This document shows, piece by piece, positions 52,001-64,000 of a DNA stretch of 64,000 nt (positions within the stretch are counted from its first letter, which is position 1; the number at the start of each line of letters is the position of its first letter). The stretch covers positions 2,108,001 to 2,172,000 of the forward strand of contig MU004181.1 in the NCBI GenBank assembly GCA_010093605.1. The letters are read 5' to 3'. This stretch comes from Lophium mytilinum (lineage: Eukaryota). Under the pieces are notes generated by a model. That model was not told the DNA's origin. It saw nothing but the letters and a program-made list of their open reading frames with translations, and made no database searches. The position numbers and the translations under genes are program-made.

Positions 52001-52536
52001 ACCTTCCTTTCACTGCTTCTCTTCTTCGCCCGTTGCTGTCTGTCATTGTCACTCTTTTGGCCCTATTCTTGCATCTCGGCCCGCCCAATTCCTCCCTCAA
52101 CCGCTGCCAGCAGCGTTTTATTGTTCGCCGTCACTACTCCAGCCACTCTCTCTGGATCCCCTTGCGTCCTTCCGCTATTGATATTCCTCCATTCCACTGT
52201 CCACGATAGCGACTCTCCTCCACCACCGCTACCACACCACACCCACTGCCTAGCCTAGTCGTGTGCGCATGGCCGCTGCCGTCCAGCCATTTTCGATACT
52301 TCTGTAGCCGCCCCTGGCTCCGCGTCACGTCTCAAAACGACCCATTGTATATCCAACCCCAGTTGCCTCAGTCTGTCAGGTGCCCCACACACCCTCGCTG
52401 CCAGCCAGCGTCTCTCCGTGCTACTTCAGTCGCTGCCTCTCCGTCATTGCTGGCCATCCCGGATACTCAGAACACACCACCTTGACTGGCGCAAGGCATA
52501 TCCGGGCATCCTCTCTTCAATTCAATACTGGTCGTC

Positions 52537-54398
52537 ATGAACACCATGTCACTCCTCCGATGGGCCGCCATATTGATCGCTGCCCCGCTCGTCGCCGCCG
52601 ATGCGCCTCCCGCTGGAGGTGCTGCCTCGGGACCTGACCCCGCGGAATTGGAGAACACCTCTATGTCCTACTGGTTTGGATGGATCTGGATATCCATCGT
52701 CGGCGCCTTCATTGTCTACCAGATCGTCTTCCACTTGATACGCTACGTCCGGACTGTTGCCAGCCTGAGCAATGACACTCAACGATACTTTGCCATTCCC
52801 AGTCTCACCTTTGGTCGATTCAAGAAGCACCTTCTAGATGCGCCTCTGCTCAGGACCCGTCATCACCGCGAATTCAAGCTGTCCTCCGCTCTCAACGTGG
52901 GCACCCTCCCAAGCCGTCTCCAAATGTTCTTCTTGGCTGGCTATTTTGCCACTAATATCGCCTTCTGTGTGATCAGCATCGACTGGAGCGGTGATTACAA
53001 GGAAGTGGCATCGGAATTCCGCAACCGCACTGGTGTCTTGTCCGTTATGAATATGGTCCCGCTCTTCCTTCTTGCTGGTCGGAACAACCCATTCATTACT
53101 TTCTGTGGCATCTCTTTCGACACGTTCAATCTGATTCACCGTTGGATTGGGCGCATCGTTGTCCTCGAGGCGGTTGCTCATACTGCAGCATGGTTGGCTA
53201 GCAAGGTTCACACGTCCGGCTGGGCTGCCGTTGCAGCGTCTATTCAAAAAAGCGAACTGATCATGACTGGGACCGTGGGCACAGCTGCCTTTGTCTTCCT
53301 GCTTCTTCACTCACCATCCACCGTTCGCCACGCTTTCTACGAGACCTTCTTGACCATGCACATTCTGGTTGCAGCGCTTTCGATTGGAGCTTTGTGGTTC
53401 CATCTCAAGACGCTTCCCCAGCAGCGCATTCTCTACGGCGTTATCGCCCTCTGGGTTTTCGAGCGCACCGCCCGAGTCGTCCTTCTGGTAATGCGTAACT
53501 TCGGTGCAGGTGGTACCAAGGCCGATGTCGAGGTTCTCCCAGGCGACGCTGTCAAGGTCACTATTCGCATGGCTCGTCCATGGGCATTCCGACCTGGCCA
53601 GCATGCATACATCTACATGCCATCTGTCGGCTTGTGGACTAACCACCCGTTCTCGGTAGCCTGGAGTGACGAAGAGGATAACCTCAGTGAGGAGAAGGGG
53701 CTCGCAATGAACCGTCAGGACATCTTGGAGAACAAGAAAACGAGCGTTTCGATGATCATTCGTCGACGAACCGGATTCACGGAGAAGCTCTTCAGGAAGG
53801 CTGATCTCTCTCCGTCTGGCCGTTTCACGGCTTCTGCTATGATTGAGGGACCATACGGTACGTTTGGACTCGTTCCTATTACCAAACACTACTATGTACA
53901 CGTTGACTAACGCATTAATAAGGTGGCGAGAACCTAACCTCCTACGGAACGGTCATGCTCTGGGCAGCTGGTGTCGGTATCGCACACCAAGTGCCTCACG
54001 TCCGCGACATTGTCGCCCAATTCGCAAATGGAACCACCGCTACCCGCCGCCTCACTCTCGTATGGGTCATCCAGTCTCCCGAGCACCTCGAATGGATTCG
54101 CTCATGGATGACGACCATTCTCTCCATGCCCAAGCGTAGGGATATCCTCAAGATCCTGCTCTTCGTCACTCGACCCCGATCGACAAAAGAAATCCACTCG
54201 CCGTCCTCCAGCGTGCAGATGTTCCCTGGCAAGCCCAATGTCCAAGCCCTTATCGATCAGGAAATGCAAGAGGGTCTCGGCGCGGCCTGTGTCAGCGTCT
54301 GTGGAACCGGTGGGCTAGCAGACGATGTGAGGCGTGCAGTGCGCATGCGTCAGACGTCGTGGAACGTCGACTTTCGCGAGGAAAGTTTCTCCTGGTAG
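52537..54398 (+). CDS. Ferric/cupric reductase (FRE/NOX superfamily); intron 53858-53922
   Basis: Signal peptide; RTGVL, RNNP, HRWIGR..H and YETFLTMH (heme His); RPGQH and HPFS (FAD); EGPYG, AAGVGI, VCG and EESFSW (NADPH). Confidence 0.93.
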
Positions 54399-54889
54399 AG
54401 AAACGATTCTCGACGGGGTAGACGCCTTGCCATGGCGACATGGCAAGTAGAAAGGAGGGCTAGAAGTCACCACATCTAGAAAGGGGAGGCTAGACATAGA
54501 TCTGGTAAGACTACTAGCTGTGTTGGCGTCGTCATCATTATCTGTCCTTGCTATTGTCGGCAGGTGCGAGTAGAAATCTTTGAGATTTTGTTTCTCATTT
54601 TTGTTCGAAGTCGCACCTTGGGGGGTAATCCGAACATTTTGCTCTTCACTGTAGAAATTTCAAAACATTCATTTTTTGGTTCCTGTTGTTTTTTAAACTC
54701 ACCCCTGGTCTCTCCTTTTGTTGGGTCCTTGCTGTATGATCATCGTAAACGTTAGCTTTGTTAGACGTTGTGCTGCGTAAAAGGAAGGGAGAATACAAGA
54801 AGGGGGTGAGCGCCTTCGTTGTATATAATAGGGGTTATGGGAATGACTTGATATGCTGCTCATGCTAGGCCGTGATGGGGTACTTATAC

Positions 54890-55670
54890 GTGAGGTTTCT
54901 GTGATGTTGCGTATTGGACTGTGTTTTGACTAGTTGGCCGCGTAGTAGCCAGGTTCCCCCTTACAGTGGCATCCGGTGAGCAATTCTTGAGTTGAATAGT
55001 GGTAGATTCGTGTGCCTAGACTTATGGTGAAGTCTGTGCACATTGGTCTACCACCGCTTGGGGTACCCCCATAGGATATCGAAGATCCAGCGGCGAGATC
55101 GAGGTTCGAGCAGTGCATATTAGACTGCGTTTTGACTAGATGGCCATGTAGTAGCCAGGCTCCCCCTTGCAGTGGTATCCGGTGAGCAATACCTGAGCCA
55201 AGCAGTGATGAGTTCGTATGTCCAGACTTGATATAGAGGTGCGCACACTGGTTTGTCACTGCTTGGGGTACCCCGGAGGGATGTTGAAGATCTAAGGGAG
55301 ATGTCGAGGTTCAAACAGTGCAGATTAGACTGCGTCTTGACTAATTAGCTATTTAGTAGCCAGGCTCCCTCTTGCAATAGTGTCCAGCGAGCAATACTTA
55401 AGCCAAATAGTAATGAAGTCGTCTGCCTAGACATATAGTTTAGTAGTCAGTAACAGGCCAGAAGTTTAGGCATACTGGTTCGCCACTGCTTAGGGCCCCC
55501 CACGGGATTTCAAAGATCTAAGAGCGATGTCGAGGTTTAAGGAGTGCAGATTTAAGCAGGTCTTGACCAGTTGGCTGCGTAGTAGCCAGGCTACCCCCTA
55601 CAGTGGTGTCGAGTGAGCAGCATTGAAGCCAAGCAGGGATGAATTCAGGTGTTTAGGCTTGATATAGAGG
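54890..55670. repeat. Degenerate tandem array, ~3.7 copies of a 205-226-bp unit, with RIP-type mutations
   Basis: The anchor ttgac(t/c)a...tagtagccagg.t.ccc recurs at 54927, 55133, 55338 and 55564. The third copy shows TG>TA and CA>TA changes. Confidence 0.9.
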
Positions 55671-55737
55671 AAAGGAGTTTATATCAGAGACGTTATGTAA
55701 CCCACGAGTTTCATCACCCGGCGTTGTAAAGAAGTAG

Positions 55738-56736
55738 CTAATGGTCCTTGTTCTCTCCCTTCTCGACATTGTCGCCCTCGCCCTTCCCCTCGCCGTGCCC
55801 CGCCTGCTCAGGCTCTGCCTCCTTGTTCTCCTCCTTCTCGACATTTTCGCCCTTGCCGTCCACCTTATCGTGCTTCACCTGCTCCGGCTCCGCCTCCTTG
55901 TTCTCCTCTTTCCCGATATCTTCGCTCTCGCCCTCTACCTCCTTCCCCTCGGCCTCCTTCATCGCAGCCTCCAGGAAAGCATTCAAATCCGCCTCTTTCT
56001 TCTTCTCCTCCTTGATAACCTCCATAGGCATCTGGAGCATGTTCGTCAAGCGCGTGAAATCCAGCCGTTCGCAAGCGCTCCCCACCATCTTCTGAAAGCG
56101 CCTGAACGCGACCTTCTGGCTCTCTCCCGTGGCGCCCTCCTCCACATCCCTCTTCTCCCGCGGTACCAAGCGATCCGTCCCCTGCTGATATCTCTTCAAT
56201 GCCGCCTCCTCTCCTCGCGAAAGCCGCATAATCACAGGCAACCCGACGGTGTCGCCGAGGTACTCCGGCCACGGCGCAGCGTAGAACCCACCCAGCGCGA
56301 GCTGCTTCAGTGACGACAGGTCGCGCATCATTGCCAGGCCCCGCACGAACATCAGGCTGCGGCCGTAGCCCTTCCAGCCCATCAGGCGGGCCTCGCGGTC
56401 TGGCTCATAGAAGTGGACGGTGAGGGCCACCAAGCCGGTGCAGAGCTTGCTGAGCGCGGTGAGGAGCATGTACCAGACGGTGCCGTCGAGGAAGTTGTCG
56501 AAGATCTGCCAGTCTTGGAAGAAGGGCTTGACGTGGATTTCGATGGTGAGAAGGAGAGCGGCGCGGACGGCGCCGAGGTGGGTGAGCCAGGAGAGGGCTT
56601 CGATGGGGTCGGAGAAGGACCAGGCGATTGTCTTGAATGAGGCTGCTGGGGCGGAGCTGGTAGCCATGGCGTCGCGTTCGATGGCGCGATGAGACTGAGA
56701 GGGTTTGCTGCGTAGGCGTTGTGACTTGGGAGGCAT
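55738..56736 (-). CDS. Hypothetical fungal protein with C-terminal acidic 25-aa (75-bp) repeats
   Basis: 332-aa ORF with coding-like GC3. Core ..GYGRSLMFVRGLA..LALGGFYAAPWPEYL; tail KEENKEAEPEQ x2 plus a partial third unit. Confidence 0.75.
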   Translation of the reverse strand: MPPKSQRLRSKPSQSHRAIERDAMATSSAPAASFKTIAWSFSDPIEALSWLTHLGAVRAALLLTIEIHVKPFFQDWQIFDNFLDGTVWYMLLTALSKLCTGLVALTVHFYEPDREARLMGWKGYGRSLMFVRGLAMMRDLSSLKQLALGGFYAAPWPEYLGDTVGLPVIMRLSRGEEAALKRYQQGTDRLVPREKRDVEEGATGESQKVAFRRFQKMVGSACERLDFTRLTNMLQMPMEVIKEEKKKEADLNAFLEAAMKEAEGKEVEGESEDIGKEENKEAEPEQVKHDKVDGKGENVEKEENKEAEPEQAGHGEGKGEGDNVEKGENKDH

Positions 56737-57809
56737 CGCGAAGCAAGGTAATCACGACGTGGAGGTTCATACGATGGGAGATAGAGGTGACGGGTTTTGT
56801 GAATGCGGAAGGAAACACCACGTGCAAGGTCTTGGCACGTAAACAACTGATCGTGTGCCTACATTACTCAGGGAAAGGTTTTGTTACACCTTGCTGACGC
56901 CGTTTGTGGTGCCTCGAAGGGCTTCTGGCCGTGCAAACGTGTTCTAACTGTCCATTTTGACGGGCGTAAACCTTCCCAGGCCACCTCAGGCAGTGTCAAA
57001 GAGTTGTACACAGATACCAGCTTCTTGTGCACTTAGTTGCCGCTGTTTGAAGTGGCCTAATATTTTTTTGGGGATTCGAAGTCCAATAGAAGCTTCATAT
57101 AAACGCGCGAAAGAAAAAAAAGGTAATGAGGAGGCGAATAAGAAACATAACGTTAAGGGTGTCCAAAAAGAATGTCCAGGGAGGAAAAGACCACCCTCCT
57201 CGAGGAGGGTGTAGGAAATCCCGAAGGATCTTGCTCCGTGATATGGACTTATGTTTCCTCGCTGTGCAGCTTTTCAGGCACTTCTTCGGGAAACAGCCAT
57301 AGGGTTGGGGCTGGAGTCGTACTCACAACACAAAGGGGGCTCGTTGATGGCGCTGGACCAACTGAGCTAAGGGACCTGCTGTTCGAATTAGTTGGGGATT
57401 GACAGAATTCAACGAAACATACTTATACCTAATTACTCACTCTGTCAAGCCACAATCTTTCTGTGGCGTCGCAGCCGCCCAGGTACCTTGCAATAGAAGT
57501 GCTGGCACCAAATTTCCCTCGAGACAAATTTCCCGCTCACCAACACCAAAAAGAAACAGGCTACAGAAAGTGATCTCACCAAGCTTACAGTCTCTCAATG
57601 CGATCGCGTCCTAATCACGTGCTTGCTTCGATGCCCACAACTCCACGCGATATCATAAGCTCCACACTCTTTCACTTGGATATTGAAAGAACAGAAGATA
57701 CAAACTCTCATAATTACCGAATTAAGGTAGGCTTAGTGCCGCCCCCCAGACGGAGTTCTCATACAACATCTTATTCGCATAACCTCGTGCTCGCTCCCTA
57801 CATCTTCCC

Positions 57810-59225
57810 CTATCGCCCAACGACGATGGAGAACCCAGAGCTCCCTTTACTACTTTCAGGCTTCACTTCGCCCGCTTCTTGACTTGCTTGTGCCTTCAGA
57901 TCCTCAGGACCAGGAACGACTCTCTCACACCAATCACACCAACTCCTCAGCTGGTGGTTAGCCTCCCGTTCCAGCCTCTGGACACCCTTCTCATGCTCCT
58001 CCTGAAATTCTTTCACGCCCGCACCTACCTTGACCAGTTTCTTAGCCTTCCGCTTCACCACACCACCCACACCCTCAACCTCTTGCATCATGTAGCTCGT
58101 GCCCTTCCAGCTGCGGCCGGTTCCCTCAGCTTCCACCCGAGCCGCCTCTTTCTGCAGAGCGGCGAGCGACTCGGCATCGCATTCGGTTTCGTGTTCTACG
58201 GTCCTAGCGGCTAGGCAGTTGGCTTTACGGCCGCACTCGACGCTCTCAATGCCCTCGCCGATGCCGGTGCCTATACCACCTCGGGAGCGGGTGTAAGTTG
58301 TTCGCCAGGTCCAGCCGCGGAGATACATGATGTCATAGGCACGGAGGCTTTGGCCGCAGGGTTGGCATAACCAGACGGATGTCTCGCAGTTGCACGGATG
58401 GCGCTGGAAGGCTGGCGATGTGAAGGCTGAAGTTGAGGGGAACCAGGGTTCGGAGCGGCAGAGGGAGGCGAGACGTGTAGGGCTCGCCGAGCGTCGGCGG
58501 CGCGCTTGAGTCAGCGAGGCAATGGGGGCTTTGGAGCAGGTATTACAGAGACGACGGTGTCGGTCTTTGAGGGCGGAGGGTGATGGCGGTTTGATAGTGC
58601 AGTTCTGTATTATATTAGTCGAGTGGTTAGGTTTTTGTTACAGGGAGAATACATACCCGACACACCACGGTCCCGCAGCGGTCACAGTCGCTGACCAAGT
58701 CCCTCGCACATTTACCCACCTTGCCGCTTGTCAGACGCGCTGAGGAGGACGTCGATCCATGGTTTGCCCATGTGTTCCGGGCTTCACGCATGCGGTCCGC
58801 CAGCTGGGCATCGGGTGCGGCATCTTCGTTAGCACAGTGCAGGCTGTGTCGCACGAGCTGGTCGCGGTATTCGAGCAGGTTCGCGCGGAACTGGCGGCAC
58901 GTCCGCGAGAGATTGTGCAGGTCGTTGAGGTCGAGGACGCTTCCGAGCTGCGAGACTACGCTGTAAGGTCAATTCGGGTCAGCACTCATCAATCAGCGAG
59001 GTGGTGTCTCCGCGTGGAGCAAGCTCACGGATAACAACTGAGGGCAGCTGAAAATCCATTGACGTTGGGATTCGGTCTGTCGTCCTCAACAGGCTGCGAG
59101 TCGTCGTCGTCCGGGTCGGTGCGGGCATGGCGGAGCTGCTGCTTGAGCGTGGCAAAGCCGTTTGCGGCGGCGGGATCGACGTGCGGATCGTGGACCTCGT
59201 CGCCCAGATCAACTAATAGCACCAT
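57810..59225 (-). CDS. F-box-like plus Cys-rich (Zn-binding) hypothetical protein; introns ~58962-59029 and ~58606-58654
   Basis: Spliced sequence: CYPVVSQLGSVLDLNDLHNLSRTCRQFR (F-box-like), CARDLVSDCDRCGTVVCRNC, LCNTC, PCNC..WLCQPC, WCDWCERV. Confidence 0.78.
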
Positions 59226-59795
59226 GGTAGAGACAGACGTGCAATACGGGCCTCATCGAAGCGGACGATGAAGGCGAGATGTGTTTCGCGGGGTGGAGTC
59301 GAGCAGGGAGGACCAAGGGACGTTCCGTCTAGACAAAGCACCGGTCCCGCGGCAATGACGACGATCACTGACTACATACTCGTGGAAGGCACTGTCTGCT
59401 TTGTACGACTGTTCTTTCTTCTACCGTCAGCTTCCAACGCTCATGCCTTTAATTTTGCACGTATTCATTGGTAAGGCTGAGGACAGAAACACCGTAGGTC
59501 TGCTCACTGGTCGGGTGCCAGAAGTCGTTAGCGACAGTGGCGTTGAGTATGATACAAGACGCCAGTCTGCCCGCAAAAACAGCAAGGTTTGAAACTTCGT
59601 TAATAGTACTATCTCAAGAGCTTCCTCATAACATCGCCCACATCTTCAAGACAAACAGTATATATACCAACCATCCACAAATCACCCGCATCTCGAAGCA
59701 CCGCCTAACTGCCTCCCAACCCGGATCCAATCGACCAGATATGAAAATCAAGGAAATCATAGCCGCGAGCACTCTCAGTATCCTCTCCTTCAATC

Positions 59796-60891
59796 TCATC
59801 TAGCATTGATCGGTGCGGCTTTGATATCTCGCTTCCGGGTCCCTCGTGGCAACGCACTCGTACAATCAACGAGTTCGTCGATGTTCTCGACACCCAGCAT
59901 CGACATCTTCCTAAAACTGCTCTTGCATTAGCCATTTTCTCAATCTCTTGTATCGAGAAGCAAACACTCACGCAGCCACATATGCCACGTTCCATCTCTG
60001 CTGGTTCCCCACGAACTCCCTGAAACGGGGACCGACGACCGGATGCTTTGCTAGATTCTTGTCCGCTGGGAAGGAAAAGGGCGCGGCCCCGTCAATCGTC
60101 TCCTTGTAGTAGTTGACGTCCCAGATGCCGGGCGTGCTGTCTTGCCCATAGCCGGCGTAGTCCGGGTTAACGAAGCTTTGTGTCGCGGTAGAGTGTGCGC
60201 CGATGAGGGCTGCGAGGTCGGTCGCGGTGAAGCCTTTGGATTTGAACGTTTTGTATATGGCATTGCCGGTGGCATTGGCGGGAGGGAGCAGGCCTTCGTG
60301 GGATGGTACGCTGCTGTCCTTCCGGCCGACGAAAACAGGGACGACGGGACCTTTCGGGCAGGTCACGGTTGCGTGGGCTATCATTTTGGTCAACTTCCTG
60401 CAAGGAGAACAGAAGGTAAAGGGGATCTTAGACTTACCTCCGGCAAACTGGATCAAGTCTGCCATTCCAACGTCGTAGTGCTTCTTTATGGCCCTAAGTT
60501 TCGTGGCCCAGTCGAGAAGGCCGTTGTTTGAACTCCGGTAGCATTCGTTTCCTAGTACAAGAGATCCATCGCAAGCGCCATCAAAACAGTCATGGAAAGA
60601 GGAACGAATCGCAGCTCGGGCGTCGTCGGTGCATACACCTTGCTTGAGAAATCGAGAGGTGAGATCTTTAGAGATATCAAACCAGACTGCCGGACAGCCT
60701 GATCCTTGACCTTGTTTTTGACCTGCTTTTTTACCACCACCTTTACCTCCTACTCCTACTCCTTCCGCCTGTGCCTCTCTGGATCTGAATATCGAACGAT
60801 TGAAAACGGTGAGGGATGAGACATCTGGGAACGCAAATGCCTGGCAGCATGTCGAAGCGATAAGGATGTGGGTGAAGATATGAAGATGCAT
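59796..60891 (-). CDS. Secreted class II fungal heme peroxidase (generic type); introns 60378-60437 and 59917-59971
   Basis: Signal peptide; distal AIRSSFHDC; DGSL; ADLIQFAG; GRKD; proximal GAHS; DSTPGIWDVNYY; C-terminal KMSMLGV..LVDCTSALP. Confidence 0.92.
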
Positions 60892-62524
60892 ACTGTAGAG
60901 AGCAAGGTGTTGGATACTTTCAGAGATTTGTTGCGAGAATCTGCGGCTTCAAAAACCTCCAGCGAAGATCGAAGTAAAGAGAAAACACCATTGTTTATAC
61001 GGACTCCAGATCTTGGTCCCTTGATGCAGCAAAATGCTCCAGCAACTTGTAAAGAGCCAGTTAAAACCCAAGTTGTACCTACCTGCCCATGGAACGTGTA
61101 AAGCCGTACCGTGGTCGCGGCAGCGGTTGCTGGCGCAACGGTCTAATGAAGCTATGTTGATTGGTATGATCACTGACCTACCAGAGATGGCAGACCCAGT
61201 TTTAGTACCTTTGTATGGCGAAGTTGTGGAGTATAGCTAGTACTAACCATTGAACTAGCGTCGTTCAATTGAGCCTAAGTGGGGGTGCTGAGGCATTGGA
61301 CGCACACTGCGGCGGTGCATGTGGGTCTGTCATTGCGAGTGGTCTTGTATTCAAGACGAGTTATTGCAGCCTGTCTAGACGGATCATAGGAAGCTAGGAG
61401 CATCTTTAGGCCGATGAGGGCCTGCAAGACTCGATGATAACCATCCCGATAGCTCTACGACCTCAAGCACGGGATCCCTAGTAGCTGACTGTAGATGATC
61501 GTTTCCTGGATTTTTCCTAAGTATTTCACCGCTTCGAGGGTTCCTCAACAGAGGATTCCCTATAGTATAGAAGGGAGCTTTTTGTAAGAGCTGAATGCAA
61601 TTACGCCACTTTACCAAACCATGGGTGACAGGGATAGGGGTCTCGCCAGATGACACATGGAATATCTCGCGGTAAACAGGTCCGGACAGCTTGGGGGGGA
61701 GATTGTACGGAAAGCGCTTAGCACCCCGGCCAAAATGGAGGGGAAGGAGTCCATGGGTGTTGCCATTGGGTAGCCATGAGAGACTCGGGGAGAACCGATT
61801 GCCATATTACTTTAGCAAATTATTCATGATGTGCCTGACTCTTAACGAACCAGGCATGTAGTATTCAATCCGTCAGTGTTATCCCGTTCTGACCGCACTT
61901 GGAGGCTCCGAAACTTTCCATTCTCCACCAACTGCCAGAAGAACATAGAACTCAACATCAACGTCAAATCCGTAATATTCGTTCCAAAATAGAAGACTGT
62001 GCAAGACTGAAGCTATTGGAGGCCGTGATTTCATGTTTTATATTATAGGTTCTATGATTAGTATTCTGTTCGTTTCTGCTTGAGAGTGTTGCAGTGGATA
62101 CGCCAATGTTGATACACTTGGAGTATAAGCAGGGTATCAGTAGATGAACGTTCATCCCTCGAAACTCAGAAAGTAGGTCCAAAAACAGCTTCAGCTTTGA
62201 TGTATAGAGGCGCTTCGTACGTAAGAAAATATATTTACTGATCGGAAGGTAATGCCGACATGTTCATACGTAGTAGTTCTCTCGAAAACTTCGTTCAGGC
62301 AATGGGATATTGTATGAGCACACCATTTGTACATACTGTTTGCTTCATTGCAGCCAGGAATTCTGTAATCAAAGCTACTACTTTACATAGGCGGCGAGCA
62401 TGCGTGAAATGGGCGCAAATCCAGCTTCGCTACCATCTCAACACCAAAATGATTTTCGCAATTGCTTTGGCCTTGTTGAACCACCGATTCGTAAACTCCC
62501 AGCGCGTAAAGTCAGGTGGTCTTG

Positions 62525-62567
62525 GTGTCTGGGGGTCTGGGGTTCTGGGGTTCTGGGTGTCTGGGTG
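62525..62567. repeat. Short imperfect 8-bp minisatellite, TCTGGG(G/T)(G/T) ~x5
   Basis: gtgtctgggggtctggggttctggggttctgggtgtctgggtg seen directly. Confidence 0.7.
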
Positions 62568-62618
62568 CCTCCCTACCGTCTAGATACCTACCGTAGTTTC
62601 GCGATGCCGGGAAACGAT

Positions 62619-63652
62619 TTATTTCTGCACAAAGGCCGGCCTGCGTCGATTGAGATTCTTCTTTGACGGATTCTTCTTTGATGGCACTTGGCGAAGGAAG
62701 CGTTCCGATATGGACGCATTCTGGCATCTTGGAGCTAGATGACCAAACATGTTGCAGTGAATGCAGCGGCCCCCGACTTTCTGAGCTACAGCTGCTTTCA
62801 GAGATTCCAGTGTCCAGTTGGCATTTACAATTGGAGAGCCATCAAGGGTATGGAGGAAGATATGTGGACCCAGCGAAGATTGAGTGAGGGCCTTGAGAAT
62901 GGTGACAGCTAGCATGTAGCTTGCCTGATTACCTGCGTTGTGGAACCATAATGGCTCAATCCCGTATTGTTCGAGCAAGCCAGAGAGTGAAACAGGAGCT
63001 TCAACTGGAAGCGGACCCACCGCAGCCTCTAGATCTTGCAAGTTGAGAACCGCCTCCACGGTAGACAGCTCCGAAAGCGTTATTCCTACCCTTCCAAGAT
63101 ACTCTCCCGCCTCTTGGTGACCGTTGATGACGAGGACGATTTTGCGGTAAGACCTAGACCCACGCGGATGGTCATCCATGATGTGAAGCGCGTTCCATAT
63201 CTTGTCTCCAAGTGCAGCCCTATCCACACTCTCACTTTTGCCGAACTCGAAGTCCTTCGCGCATGACAAGGGGTGGCCCTCGGACATTGCAGTTGTGAAG
63301 ATTGTTCGCCATTCGGTGATCCTGATATGTCTGCTCCGTATATTCCTGATCCAACCAACTCCAGAGACGCTCGGGTGGATTTCACGGATGTGGCGCATGT
63401 CCAGCGTTGAGATCCCGACTTCGACGACTGCATTCTGCGCTTTCCCGGTAGCCCAGGATGCGTACTTGATGTACATGGCGATGAAGACCACGTCGGAGTG
63501 ATTACTAGAAGGAGCAGTCAGACCCACATAGAAATAGGCTTGCCCTCTGACTTCACGTACAGGGAAGTACCAAGTCCCATCAGGTTCTGGAGCAATTCTT
63601 CTGGCTCGAGGCCGGTGTCCTGTGATCTAGAAGTAGTTCGCCCGTCAGCCAT
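62619..63652 (-). CDS. QIP/Gfd2(YDR514C)-like DEDDh exonuclease-fold protein with degenerate catalytic residues and a C-terminal CCHC zinc knuckle; intron 63505-63560
   Basis: DVVFIA...VVEVGISTLDMR, IRSRHIRITEW, DFEFGKSESV, RKIVLV, SLSGLLEQYGI..FHNAGN.A.Y are the family's motifs. C-IH-C-NMFG-H-LAPR-C lies at 62724-62765. The 5' start (MADGR) is tentative. Confidence 0.78.
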
Positions 63653-64000
63653 GATCCTTCAGTTAATTCCTGGCGTTTGTAGTGGCTGGTTCTGGCTAGG
63701 GCTTTTGGCACGACAGCGCTTGTAGGGGAGGAGACGAGTCGTTTCGAACTATCCATGCTACCACAGACAGATTGTTTCCACACGTAATTTCCGGGTCTCG
63801 GCTTATCGGCGGCCGCTCCGGCACAAACCGATTTCACACGGCTTAGACTACTGATTTGTGATTCGTTGAGGGAGGCTGAGGTGAATGTTGAATGAAGCAC
63901 CCCTACTCACGTGGCTTAGCCCCAACTATGTCTAGCATATTGTTGCTTCCGTCTCAACAGGCTTCCGGCGTGTCGATGAGATCCGTTTCATATAGGGGAG

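Noticed and set aside
49100..52500. Short ORFs upstream of the ferric reductase
   Set aside because: No family motifs or codon bias; treated as intergenic/promoter.
54890..55670. CRISPR-like interpretation of the tandem array
   Set aside because: Whole units are homologous with no unique spacers, there are no cas genes, and the genome is fungal.
29445..60891. Possible iron/heme cluster (CFEM protein, ferric reductase, peroxidase)
   Set aside because: The genes are spread over 30 kb among unrelated genes; no shared regulatory motif could be shown.

Overview
Eukaryotic DNA from a filamentous ascomycete (Pezizomycotina). Evidence: short GT..AG introns with CTRAC branch sites and fungal gene families. 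About 20 apparently intact genes: NOP58 (partial), Arp10/RO7-like, DHA1 MFS transporter, a ~2400-aa acidic/Pro-rich disordered protein, Vps21-type Rab5, SCS3/FIT, two C2H2 proteins, a CFEM membrane protein, an alpha/beta hydrolase, a Nudix hydrolase, a ferric reductase, an F-box-like Cys-rich protein, a class II peroxidase, a small secreted Cys-rich protein and several unknowns. Decayed material lies between them: a 7-13 kb island with RIP-like relics, a multi-Zn-finger pseudogene and an Argonaute PIWI fragment; a broken isochorismatase-GST fusion; a ~205-bp tandem array with RIP-type mutations; and ~100-bp direct repeats flanking one gene. The most unusual intact gene is a QIP/Gfd2-like DEDDh exonuclease whose catalytic acids are replaced and which carries a CCHC zinc knuckle. 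I recognised no rRNA, tRNA, CRISPR array or intact transposase. All family calls are from motifs read by eye; no searches were run. Intron coordinates are inferred from splice signals.
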